Assembly: GCA_964291495.2 (NCBI GenBank)
Contig: OZ219872.1
Coordinates: forward strand, 869,358 to 933,357
DNA: 64,000 bases
Direction: 5' to 3'
Source of the DNA: Dehalococcoidia bacterium
GTDB lineage: Bacteria > Chloroflexota > Dehalococcoidia > UBA2979
Shown here piece after piece: positions 21,190 to 30,206 of this stretch (the first letter of the stretch is position 1; the number at the start of each line of letters is the position of its first letter). The notes under the pieces are model-generated. The model was not told the DNA's origin. It searched no databases and saw nothing but the letters and a program-made list of their open reading frames with translations. The translations under genes were made by a program, and so were the position numbers.

Positions 21190-21264
21190 CCGCTCGCCCG
21201 CCTCGCCCGTACGGGCCTGTCGTAGTGCCATACGGTGCTGACGCGTTCGTGCTAGGATAGCGCC

Positions 21265-21549
21265 ATGGCAGTGGCATTCGACACGCTGAAGGCAGCCACC
21301 CAGCTCCAGGAAGCAGGCTTCCGGGAGACGCAGGCGCACGCCCTCGTCACCATCCTTGCCGAGGTAGCGAACGAAACTCCGGGGGAAAGACCGAGTTCGA
21401 CAAGCTCGAGCCCTCGCTGGGGACGCGCAGAGTGCGCCGCTCTGTGCGCCGAGATGCGAGTCATGAAGCGAGACATCATCATCCCGCTCGGGAGGCTCTA
21501 CATCGTCATGACCGGGCTCATCGTCGCCGCCACCAGCGTGTTCGGCTAG
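21265..21549 (+). CDS. CCDC90/DUF1640-like small coiled-coil membrane protein (possibly degenerate)
   Basis: AFDTLKAATQLQEAGF..QAHALV head motif and C-terminal TM helix; atypical middle segment. Confidence 0.65.
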   Translation: MAVAFDTLKAATQLQEAGFRETQAHALVTILAEVANETPGERPSSTSSSPRWGRAECAALCAEMRVMKRDIIIPLGRLYIVMTGLIVAATSVFG

Positions 21550-21603
21550 CAGGCCGCGCCAACCCCACACGTCGCGCTCGCACCGCCCCCCGCCGACGGC
21601 GGG

Positions 21604-21912
21604 CTAGCCGTGCTGTCAGGTCGGCTGATGGCGGTGGTCGGCGGAAACCGTGAAGCGGCGCCAGAAGAACAGGAAGCGCTCCGCATCGACCCTCACCGCG
21701 CTCGCCCACTGCAGCAGCGCGGGCGCGACGTGGACCGTCAGGTCGCGGTGCCGGACGGTTTCGTAGCGGGTGAGGTTCTTGCCCTTGAGGTAGGTGTCGA
21801 CCGGCACATCGAGGACGCCTCGTCAGCCGAGCGGGCGAATGAAATCGAGCGCCAGCTCGCCGCCCCGGCGCCGCGCCAGCTCGGCCGCCTCAGCCGTGAT
21901 CTCGATCTCCAT
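21604..21912 (-). CDS. Candidate selenoprotein with two in-frame UGA codons (HesB/CC-Se-motif-like N-terminus, C-terminal HxHxxxUxH)
   Basis: GAGGG RBS, ATG 21912; MEIEITAEAAELARRRGGELALDFIRPLG-UGA(21825-21823)-RGVLDVPVDTYLKG...DHRHQPT-UGA(21618-21616)-QHG-UAG; hairpins with GU-containing loops after both UGAs. Confidence 0.72.
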
Positions 21913-21935
21913 GCGGCCCTCGGGGGTCCGTCGCG

Positions 21936-22835
21936 TCAGCCCGACTTGGCCTCGGCAAGGTAGTCCTCGCCGAAGCGGCGCATCAGGTCCGGCGCGTCGA
22001 GCAGCTCCCTCGGGTGCAGACCGACGATCGCGTGATCGACGCCCGCCTCGCGGGCCCGCCCCAGCCGCTCCCGCACCTGCTCCAGCCGATCGCTCGCGAG
22101 GAGCGCAATGCCGGTCATCGCGATCACGAGCGCGTCGGGGTCGCGCCCGGCGCGCTCGGCCGCCTCGCGGGCGGGTTGCATCGCCTCCCCGGCGTTGTCG
22201 AGGTAGTTGCCGTGCGTGAGCCAGCCGTCTGCCATTTCGCCGATGCGGCGCATCTGCTGCGGGCTGTCGCCGCCGATCCAGATCGGCACGTGACGCGGCG
22301 GGTGCGGCCGCGAGGTCCAGCCGTCGACCTCGTAGGTGTCGCCCTCGAAGCCGTCGACCCAGTCCTCGGTCCAGAGCTTTCGCGTCAGCTCCAGGCTCTC
22401 CTCGAAGCGCGCGCCGCGGCGGTCCGAGGGCATGCCGAGCACCTCGAACTCCTCCTTCGCCCAGCCCATGCCCGCGCCGAGGATGAAGCGCCCGCCGGCG
22501 AGGTGGTCGAGCGTGGCCATGATCTTCGCGTGCAGCACCGCCTGCCGCATGTTCAGCACCAGCACCGCCACGCCGAGCTGCACGCGGCTCGTCGCGCCCG
22601 CGACGAACGCCAGCTCGGTCAGCGGCTCCAGCAGCGAGGCGTCGATGTGCACCCGGCCCGGCAGGTTGCCGTCCGCGCTGTACGGGTAGCGCGAGCGGTA
22701 CTCGCGAGGGAAGACGACGTGGTCGTTGGTCCAGAGCGAGTCGAAGCCGGCCTCCTCGGCGGCGCGGGCGTGGCGCAGCACCACCTCGCGGGTGGCGCGA
22801 TCGCCGGCCTGGGGGAGCAGGATGCCTACGTCCAC
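21936..22835 (-). CDS. LLM-class (putative F420-dependent) oxidoreductase
   Basis: GFDSLWTNDHVV, QLGVAVLVL, ATLDHLAGGRFILGAGMGW, PIWIGG. Confidence 0.92.
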   Translation of the reverse strand: MDVGILLPQAGDRATREVVLRHARAAEEAGFDSLWTNDHVVFPREYRSRYPYSADGNLPGRVHIDASLLEPLTELAFVAGATSRVQLGVAVLVLNMRQAVLHAKIMATLDHLAGGRFILGAGMGWAKEEFEVLGMPSDRRGARFEESLELTRKLWTEDWVDGFEGDTYEVDGWTSRPHPPRHVPIWIGGDSPQQMRRIGEMADGWLTHGNYLDNAGEAMQPAREAAERAGRDPDALVIAMTGIALLASDRLEQVRERLGRAREAGVDHAIVGLHPRELLDAPDLMRRFGEDYLAEAKSG

Positions 22836-22879
22836 GCGCTCAGCCTCCGTTCAGGCGCCGCCGCGCGGCGCGAGCGACG

Positions 22880-23824
22880 CTAGCGAAGCAGCGCCGAGCC
22901 CGGTGGCACATGGTGTTCGATCTCGCCCTGATGGTCGAGCAGGATCACCCGGGAGCGGAAGCGCCAGACGCCGTCGACGCGCTCGAACGCGTCGTGGTAG
23001 CGGCCGGCCGCGATGATCTGAATCGGCAGCTCGCGGGTCGCCAGCGTGACGGTGAAGTAGGAGCGCGCCGTCGCCGTCCCGGCGTCCTCGTCCGGCTCGA
23101 TCAGCACGTTGGTCGTGACGTGCTTCGTGCGCGGGCTGCCGTCGTGCAGGCGGAAGCTGCTGCGCAACGCCTCGGCCAGCTCCGGTCCGCCCAGCGGCGT
23201 CCCCTCCACCCCGTGCTGCCGCCCGCCGTGCGCGAAGACCTCACCGGCCCCCTCGAAGTCGCCGAGGTCGATCCGCTCCGCGTAGGTGAAGATCAGCGTC
23301 TCGACCGCTGCGTGGACCTCCTCGGGGACGGGCATCGGCGGCACGTCCTCGAGCGGCGGCCCCAACACCTCGATGTCGTACGGCAGCTCGCCGATCTCGT
23401 AGCCCCGGATGTGCTGCGTGAGGTCGCCGCGCGTATCGAGCATCGTGAGGCGGTCCGTGAACCACCACCCGCCGTCGATGCGCTCGAACTGGTCGTAGTA
23501 GCGGCCGCTGCCAAGCAGTCGCAAGCGCATGGTCGGCGTCGCCTGGAAGAGCGTGAAGTAGGAGCGTGCGCGGGCCGTACCGGCCTCCTCGTCGACGTCG
23601 ATCATGATGTTGGTCGTCATGTGGCGCGTGCCCGGCGAGCCGTCGTGCAGGAGGAGCCGCCGCTTGCGATTCTCGGCCATCTGCGCGCCGGCGTGCGCGG
23701 CCCCGAGGCTCGAGCGGAACGGCCCATGCGTGAAGATCTCGCCGACCGCGTCGTGGTCGCCGAGATCGGTGAAGCGCGCGTAGCGCAGCATCACGTCGCG
23801 GATCTCGTCGCGGCTGTCCGTCAT
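22880..23824 (-). CDS. Tandem SnoaL/NTF2-like double-domain protein
   Basis: Two repeats of YA..D.GD...F...HDGSP.T.H.TTN..I..DE.AGTA.ARSYF...GRY.D.FER.DG.W.F. Confidence 0.9.
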   Translation of the reverse strand: MTDSRDEIRDVMLRYARFTDLGDHDAVGEIFTHGPFRSSLGAAHAGAQMAENRKRRLLLHDGSPGTRHMTTNIMIDVDEEAGTARARSYFTLFQATPTMRLRLLGSGRYYDQFERIDGGWWFTDRLTMLDTRGDLTQHIRGYEIGELPYDIEVLGPPLEDVPPMPVPEEVHAAVETLIFTYAERIDLGDFEGAGEVFAHGGRQHGVEGTPLGGPELAEALRSSFRLHDGSPRTKHVTTNVLIEPDEDAGTATARSYFTVTLATRELPIQIIAAGRYHDAFERVDGVWRFRSRVILLDHQGEIEHHVPPGSALLR

Positions 23825-23871
23825 CGGTCCTCACACCCCGGCGGGACCGTATGAGCGCGCCGCGAGACGCG

Positions 23872-24837
23872 TCAAGCGCCCGAGGCGCCGCCCGCGCGGA
23901 GGTGCGCGCTCAGGTCGCCCTCCATGTCGGTCTGGACGCGGCGCTCCGCGAAGCGCCAGACGCCGTCGACGCGCTCGAAGCGATCGCGGTAGCGCCCGCT
24001 GATGATCGGCTGAAGCGGCAACTCCGGCGTCTGCTGCAGCACGACGAAATAGGAGCGCGCGAGGCCCGTTCCGGCGGCCTCGTCCACCTCGACGGCGACG
24101 TTGGTGGTGAGGTGCTTGGTGCGCGGGTTGCCCTCGTAGAGCCGGACTGCGCCGCGCAGGCCCTTCGCCAGCGCCTCGCCGCGCAGCGCGTAGCTCCTGC
24201 CGTCCTCCGTCTCGCCGACGAACGGCCCGTGCTCGAACAGCGCGCCGACGCCCTCGAAGTCCGCGAGGTCGATGCGCTCGGCGTAGGTGTAGATCAGCGC
24301 CTCGATCGCGTCGGCGGCGTCCGGGGGCGGCGGCAGCGGCCGCAGCTCGGCCGCGGACGGGCCGCGCAGCGCCAGCGCGGGCTGACGGCGCGGGGCGGCG
24401 CGCAGGAAGCCGCCGACATCGCCCGAGAGGTCGAAGATGCTGACGCGCTCCTCGAAGCGCCACGCGCCGGCCTCGCGCACGAACTCGTCGTGGTAGCGGC
24501 CCGCGCCGACGACGCTGAGCGGCTCGCCGGGTGGCTGCTTGAGCATCGCGTAGTAGGAGCGGGCGCGGGCCGTGCCGGCCGCGGCGTCGATGTCGATCAG
24601 CAGGTTGGTCGTGAGGATGCGCGTGCGTGGCGTGCCGTCCTCGTGCAGGCGGATGCCGCGCGCGCGGTCGGCCGCAAGCTCGGCCCCGCCGAGCGAGCGA
24701 CCCATCGTCGAGGAGAAGCGGCCCTTCGCGAAGAGCTTCCCGATGCCCTCGAAGTCCGCGCCGTCCTGCAGCCGCGGGTAGGCGTGGACGAGCGCGACGA
24801 TGGCGGCGCGGTCGGCGGCGAGACTCGCTGAGGACAT
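23872..24837 (-). CDS. Tandem SnoaL/NTF2-like double-domain protein (paralogue)
   Basis: Same duplicated motif set; start at ATG 24837, 7 nt after TAGCGT. Confidence 0.88.
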   Translation of the reverse strand: MSSASLAADRAAIVALVHAYPRLQDGADFEGIGKLFAKGRFSSTMGRSLGGAELAADRARGIRLHEDGTPRTRILTTNLLIDIDAAAGTARARSYYAMLKQPPGEPLSVVGAGRYHDEFVREAGAWRFEERVSIFDLSGDVGGFLRAAPRRQPALALRGPSAAELRPLPPPPDAADAIEALIYTYAERIDLADFEGVGALFEHGPFVGETEDGRSYALRGEALAKGLRGAVRLYEGNPRTKHLTTNVAVEVDEAAGTGLARSYFVVLQQTPELPLQPIISGRYRDRFERVDGVWRFAERRVQTDMEGDLSAHLRAGGASGA

Positions 24838-24963
24838 CGGCGGCACGCTAGGCAGCGCCGCGCTCGCTCGTCAACCTCGCGGATCCTCGTGGCAGCGGCT
24901 GCGGGGTTCGCGCGGTAGGATGAGCGCCGCCGCGCGGGCGAAGCGCGGCGGGGGGTGATCACG

Positions 24964-25353
24964 ATGGCCGAGGCCGATGCCGCCCCGATCGTGCTGACGC
25001 GGGGCGCGGACGCGCCGTGGTCCGGGCACCGCTCCGGCATGAGCATCCAGTTCGGCGTCTCCGGGGAGCTGAGCGGCTCACACAACGTCTTCATGACGCA
25101 CCAGCGCATCCCGCCGGGGATGGAGAGCATTCCCCACGTCCACACCAACTGCGAGACCGCGATGTTCGTCCTCGCGGGCCCCGTGCTGATGCGCCACGGC
25201 CCCGCACTCGAGCTGGAGCACCGCGCGGAGAGCGGCGACTTCCTCTACGTGCCCGCCAACGCGCCGCACCAGATCGTCAACCCGAGCACAACGGAGGACG
25301 TCGCGGTGGTGCTCTGCCGAGACGCCGCCGAGGAGATCGTCAGGGAGCTGTAG
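24964..25353 (+). CDS. Cupin domain protein
   Basis: PHVHTNCETAMFVLAG and GDFLYVPANAPHQIVN cupin motifs. Confidence 0.9.
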   Translation: MAEADAAPIVLTRGADAPWSGHRSGMSIQFGVSGELSGSHNVFMTHQRIPPGMESIPHVHTNCETAMFVLAGPVLMRHGPALELEHRAESGDFLYVPANAPHQIVNPSTTEDVAVVLCRDAAEEIVREL

Positions 25354-25387
25354 CCCGCCCGCCGGGCGCCACGGATCGGAGCAAGTC

Positions 25388-26224
25388 ATGGAGCAACTCG
25401 AGGGCCGCGTCGCAGTCATCACCGGGGGAGGTTCCGGCATCGGCGAGGGCTTCGCCCGCGTCTGCCACGAGGCCGGGATGCGCATCGTCGTCTCGGACAT
25501 CGAGGAGAATCAGGCCGCGCGCGTCGCGAACTCGATTCGCGAGCTTGGCGGCGAGGCGATCGGGCTGCGCACGGACGTCTCGGACGCCGCCTCCGTGGGC
25601 GAGCTGGCTGACCGCGCCTACGAGGAGTTCGGCGAGGTGAACCTGCTGCTCAGCAACGCCGGCGTGATGATGGTCGCGCCGCTGCTCGAGACGCCGATCG
25701 AGGACTGGCAGTGGACGCTCGGCGTGAACCTCTACGGCGCGATCCACTGCGCGAACGCGTTCGCGCCGAGGATGCGCGAGCAGGACGGCGAGGGCCACAT
25801 CGTGTTCACCGCCTCGATCGCCGGCACCCGGCCGATCCACGAGACGCCGATCGGCGTCTACGTCTCCTCGAAGTACGCCGTCACCGGCTACGCGGAGATG
25901 CTGCGCATGGAGCTGGAGCCGGACGGCATCGGCGTCTCGATCCTCTGCCCCGGCGGCGTCGACACGCAGATCTTCACCGCCACCCGCAACCGCCCCGAGG
26001 ACCTCGGCGGCCCGGCCGAGCTGCCGCCCGCGGCGGAGGCGCGGGTCGAGGAGCGCGAGGAGCAGGCCGGCACGGCACGCATGATGGACCCGGTCGAGGT
26101 CGCGCGCCGCACCATCGACGGCGTGCGCGCCAACCGGCTGTTCATCTTCAGCCACCCGGAGACGCGGGTGGAGTACGACGACCGCAACGCCCGCGTGATC
26201 GCGGACTACGACGCCGTCTCCTGA
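25388..26224 (+). CDS. Short-chain dehydrogenase/reductase
   Basis: TGGGSGIG, NAGV, YVSSK. Confidence 0.95.
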   Translation: MEQLEGRVAVITGGGSGIGEGFARVCHEAGMRIVVSDIEENQAARVANSIRELGGEAIGLRTDVSDAASVGELADRAYEEFGEVNLLLSNAGVMMVAPLLETPIEDWQWTLGVNLYGAIHCANAFAPRMREQDGEGHIVFTASIAGTRPIHETPIGVYVSSKYAVTGYAEMLRMELEPDGIGVSILCPGGVDTQIFTATRNRPEDLGGPAELPPAAEARVEEREEQAGTARMMDPVEVARRTIDGVRANRLFIFSHPETRVEYDDRNARVIADYDAVS

Positions 26225-26246
26225 GCCACCCGGCGGGCGACAACCC

Positions 26247-26720
26247 GTGACCGCCAGCACCGGGGCCGAGGACCCTCGAGCCCTGCTGCGCCGCGCGATG
26301 CGCCTGCACAGCGACGACGAGATCGACGCCGCGCTCGCGGCGGCCGAGGGCGCCGTCGCGCTCGACCCGGACTTCTGCGAGGCGCACGCCTACCTCGGCA
26401 ACACGCTGGTGACGCGCAAGCGCCGCTTCGCCGACGGCCTCGCCGCCCTGGAGCGCGCGGTCGCGCTCTGCCCCGGCGACGCGGCGATCCTCTACACGCT
26501 GGGCTGGTGTCGCGAGTTCGTTGCGCACGCCCTCGAGCACCCGCGCCAGCGCCAGCCGCACCAGCCCGTCGCGCAGGACGCCGCCACGCTCTACGCCGCC
26601 ACCACCGACATCCTCCGCCGCGCCCTCACCCTCGACCCCGACCCGCAGCTGCGCGGCGACATCGAGGACATCCTCGACGTCGTCGCCAACGCCACGGGCA
26701 TCCCCTGGGACGAGGAGTAG
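26247..26720 (+). CDS. TPR-repeat protein
   Basis: AVALDPDFCEAHAYLG, ALERAVALCPGDAAILYTLG. Confidence 0.8.
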   Translation: MTASTGAEDPRALLRRAMRLHSDDEIDAALAAAEGAVALDPDFCEAHAYLGNTLVTRKRRFADGLAALERAVALCPGDAAILYTLGWCREFVAHALEHPRQRQPHQPVAQDAATLYAATTDILRRALTLDPDPQLRGDIEDILDVVANATGIPWDEE

Positions 26721-27160
26721 CGGCTGCCCCCGGAGCCCCATGCACCCTCGCGGGCGCGCTGCGCGCGCTCCCCCTCACCCCCCGCCCTCCCCCGCCAGGG
26801 GGGAGGGAGCCGGATCCGCCGTCGGGGGTTCGGTGCGCCGATCCGGCCCCCTCTCCTGGGGGAGAGGGTTGGGGTGAGGGGGCTCGCCAACCGGACCTGC
26901 CGCCTCGATGGGGTGTTTGCCCCCGGAGCCTGGTGCGTCCTCGGGGGCGCGCGGCACGCGCTCCCCCTCACCCCCCGCCCTCCCCCGCCAGGGGGGAGGG
27001 AGCCGGACCGGCCTCCCTTCCCGTCATTCCGGCGAACGCCGGAGTCCAGGCTCGGCAGACACACGAGCGCCCCCGGAAGGTCCGTTGCGCCCTCGAAGGT
27101 TCGGCGCGCGCCTCCCTCACCCTCCGCCCTCTCCCTCGGGGAGAGGGGACCGGACCTGGC
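26721..27160. repeat. Intergenic palindromic repeat mosaic 3
   Basis: ~50-bp exact direct duplicate (26765-26814 / 26958-27007), CCCCTCTCC hairpins in both orientations, GTCATTCCGGC-N4-GCCGGAGTCCAG at 27023-27049. Confidence 0.85.
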
Positions 27161-27224
27161 CGCACCCGGACAGCAACCCGCCTCGCCTGTACCGTGTGAC
27201 CCGCAGCCGAGGGACCAACGCTAC

Positions 27225-28016
27225 GTGCCACACCTCGAACTCGACGACGGCTTTCGGCTCTACTACGAGCGCCACGGCGACGGCCCGCCCGTCGTCCTCG
27301 CGCACGGCGCGGGCGGCAACGCCATGTCCTGGTGGCGGCAGGTCCCCGCCTTCAGCGAGCGCTACTCCGTCGTCACCTTCGACCACCGCGCCTTCGGCCG
27401 CTCCCCTGACATCGAGGGCGGCCCCGGCCGCGCCGCCTTCGGCGACGACATCACCGCGCTCGTCGGGCGGCTCGAACTCGGCCCGGTGCACTTCGTCGCG
27501 CACTCGATGGGCGCGCGCACCGCGGTCGGGCTGATGCGGCACAGGCCGGACGGCTTCCGCTCGCTGACCATCTCCGGCTCCAACGCCGGCTGCGTCGACG
27601 ACCGGCTGCGCGAGCGCAAGGCGGAGCTGCAGGCCTCGGGCGCGCTCTCCGGCAGCCTGCTGCAGCGGGCGCTCGCCGAGGACTACCGCGAGCGCGAGCC
27701 GGCGCTCGAGTGGCTCTACCGCCGCATCCGGGGGATCAACCCGCCGCGCCCTCGGGACTTCCTGGCGCCGCCGCCGGAGCTGCGCAACTACCGAGGCTCA
27801 ACGCGCGAGCGGCTGCTCGACAGCGGCGCGCCGCTGCTCTGGATCGTCGGCGCGCAGGACCGCGTCGTGCCCGCCGAGCTGGTCCGCATCTCGCACGAGC
27901 TGACCCCCGGCTCCGGTTATGTCGAGATAGCTGACGCCGGCCACTCCGCCTACTTCGAGCGCCCGGAGGAGTGGAACGCCGCCGTGCTGGGGTTCATCGA
28001 CGGGGTTGAGGCGTAG
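27225..28016 (+). CDS. Alpha/beta hydrolase
   Basis: LAHGAGGN, DHRAFGRS, AHSMG nucleophile elbow, GAQD, AGHSAYFE. Confidence 0.92.
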   Translation: MPHLELDDGFRLYYERHGDGPPVVLAHGAGGNAMSWWRQVPAFSERYSVVTFDHRAFGRSPDIEGGPGRAAFGDDITALVGRLELGPVHFVAHSMGARTAVGLMRHRPDGFRSLTISGSNAGCVDDRLRERKAELQASGALSGSLLQRALAEDYREREPALEWLYRRIRGINPPRPRDFLAPPPELRNYRGSTRERLLDSGAPLLWIVGAQDRVVPAELVRISHELTPGSGYVEIADAGHSAYFERPEEWNAAVLGFIDGVEA

Positions 28017-28086
28017 CGGCGGGACCGGCGGTACGCTTGAAGAGCCGCGAGGGCAGTTCGGGCGCAGACCAGGGTGGTTCCGGCCA

Positions 28087-29439
28087 GTGACGATCCTTCA
28101 GACCTTCGAGGACAGACACCCCGGCTCGCGGGAGCTGGCGGAGCGCGCCGCCTCCATCTTCCCCTCCGGCGTGACGCACGATGTCCGGTCCTTCGAGCCG
28201 TTCCCGATCTACGTCGAGCGCGCGCAGGGGCCGCGCAAGACGGACGTCGACGGCAACGAGTACGTCGACTACATCGGCGGGCACGGCGCGCTCCTGCTCG
28301 GCCACAACCACCCCGAGGTGATGGCCGCGATCCGCGCCGCACTCGAGGACGGCACGCACTTCGGCTCCTCGCAGGCGCGCGAGGTCGAGTGGGGCGAGCT
28401 GGTGCTGCGCATGGCGCCCTGCGCCGAGCGCGTGCGCTTCACCTCCTCCGGCACCGAGGCGACGATGATGGCGCTGCGCCTGGCGCGCGCCTTTTCGGGC
28501 CGCAACCGCGTGATCAAGCTCGCCGACCACTTCCACGGCTGGCACGACCTCGCCGTCGGCCAGCTGCGCGAGAGCGAGACGCGGGCCAGCGCCGCCGGGG
28601 TGCCGCCCGGCTTCTACGACGACCTGACGATCGTGCCGTCCGGAGACGTCGCCGCGCTCGAGCAGGCACTCGCGCCGCGCGACGTGGCGGCCGTAATCCT
28701 CGAGCCGACGGGGGCGCACTGGGGCCTGCACCCGCTGCCTGCGGACTACCTGCGGGCGGCGCGCGAGCTGACCGAGCAGGCCGGGACGCTGCTGATCGTG
28801 GACGAGGTGATCACCGGCTTCCGCATGGCCCCCGGCGGCGCGCAGGAGCGGTTCGGCGTCACCGCCGACCTCGCGAGCTACGCGAAGATCCTCGCGGGCG
28901 GCCTGCCGGGCGGCTGCGTGGCCGGCCGCGAGGACGTGATCTCGATGCTCGAGTTCCGCGCGGGCGACGAGGTCTGGAACCGCCGCCTGCGCGTGCCGCA
29001 CCAGGGCACCTACAACGCGCAGCCGCCCGCCGCCGCCGCGGGCATCGCCGCGCTGCGCATCATCGAGGCGGGCGGCCAGACGGAGCGCGCCGATGCAACC
29101 GCGGCGGCGCTGGTGCGCGGCCTCAACGCGCTCTTCGCCGACCGCGCCGTGCCCGGATCGGCCTTCGCGGTCTCCTCGATGTGGCATCTCAACCTCGGCC
29201 ACGACGGGCCGCGGCCCTCCGACGTGGAGTGGGACGCGGACGAGGAGGCTCGAGGCGTGGACCCGGCGCTGGCAATCCCGCTGCGCCAGGCGCTGCTCAA
29301 CCACGGCGTGGACCTGATGGGCACGGGCGGGATGGTCTCCGCGACACACGGCGAGGCCGAAGTCGAGGACACGCTGGCCGCCTTCAACGCCGCGATCTCC
29401 GACCTCCGCGCGGAGGGCTTGCTCGGCTCCAGCAGCTGA
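28087..29439 (+). CDS. Class III PLP aminotransferase (GSA-aminomutase-like)
   Basis: DVDGNEYVDY, SSGTEATMMALRLAR, DEVITGFR, SYAKILAGGLP, GTYN. Confidence 0.9.
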   Translation: MTILQTFEDRHPGSRELAERAASIFPSGVTHDVRSFEPFPIYVERAQGPRKTDVDGNEYVDYIGGHGALLLGHNHPEVMAAIRAALEDGTHFGSSQAREVEWGELVLRMAPCAERVRFTSSGTEATMMALRLARAFSGRNRVIKLADHFHGWHDLAVGQLRESETRASAAGVPPGFYDDLTIVPSGDVAALEQALAPRDVAAVILEPTGAHWGLHPLPADYLRAARELTEQAGTLLIVDEVITGFRMAPGGAQERFGVTADLASYAKILAGGLPGGCVAGREDVISMLEFRAGDEVWNRRLRVPHQGTYNAQPPAAAAGIAALRIIEAGGQTERADATAAALVRGLNALFADRAVPGSAFAVSSMWHLNLGHDGPRPSDVEWDADEEARGVDPALAIPLRQALLNHGVDLMGTGGMVSATHGEAEVEDTLAAFNAAISDLRAEGLLGSSS

Positions 29440-29591
29440 TTCTGGCTGCTCGCAGGGATGCTCGGCGGATGCAATTGCTTCAAGGCGCAACGCTCGATAG
29501 TCTCTATTGTGCAAGTTTGAACAATCGCCGAGTTCACGGGGAGTCGATGGGCCCCGGCAGCGCGGCGGCAAGGAAGGGAGCGGGACCCAAA

Positions 29592-29942
29592 ATGCGAAAT
29601 TCAGGGAGCCCGGAGCACCGGACGAAGCTCGGCCAGCAGCTGCGGACCTTGCGCCACAAGGCCGGCCGTTCCCAGACCGATGTCTCCAGGGGCGCCGGCA
29701 TCACCCAGGCATCGCTTTCGAACTATGAGACCGGTAAGCGAGAGGTCCCGCTCTCCACTGCCCTGAACATCGCCGCCGAACTGGACGTGCCGTTCAGCGA
29801 CATCGTCGAGACCAACGACGTGATCGTCGTCCGCGACTCCCGCCTCGGGCGCGCCGTGCAGGCGCTGGTCGAATCGCCCGACTTGATCGAGACCGTCGCG
29901 AACGGCAACGGCGGGACGAACGGCCACCGCACCGCTTCCTAG
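29592..29942 (+). CDS. XRE-family HTH transcriptional regulator
   Basis: LRTLRHKAGRSQTDVSRGAGITQASLSNYETGKRE; AT-rich upstream region. Confidence 0.88.
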   Translation: MRNSGSPEHRTKLGQQLRTLRHKAGRSQTDVSRGAGITQASLSNYETGKREVPLSTALNIAAELDVPFSDIVETNDVIVVRDSRLGRAVQALVESPDLIETVANGNGGTNGHRTAS

Positions 29943-29962
29943 CGGCCTTCGCACACCCGGTC

Positions 29963-29991
29963 ACAGCGGGCCGTTCCCGGCCCGCTGTTTG
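29963..29991 (+). terminator. Putative intrinsic terminator
   Basis: ACAGCGGGCC-GTTCCC-GGCCCGCTGT perfect 10-bp stem with a short T tail, just after the XRE stop. Confidence 0.55.
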
Positions 29992-30206
29992 TCGTGCCCG
30001 GCGGGGCACGGACACGAGTCGCCATCGGGAGCGCCGCCGTTGTCTGACACGGCACGTATACTGAGCGGCGTACGAGGCGGGATGCGGAGCTCCCATCCGG
30101 GGCGGCGGGATACGCGCCGCGGCGATCGGTGCGGCCCTGCCCTGCAGCCTCGCGACCGACTCGGTCACGCACGCCCTCGGGCGCTGGCACCGGCAAGGAG
30201 GACCAC

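Noticed and set aside
21616-21807. 63-aa stand-alone ORF from the track
   Set aside because: It has no convincing RBS of its own and is better explained as the middle of the UGA read-through ORF 21604-21912.
26721-27160. CRISPR array in the repeat-rich intergenic regions
   Set aside because: No regularly spaced identical repeats with unique spacers, and no cas genes.
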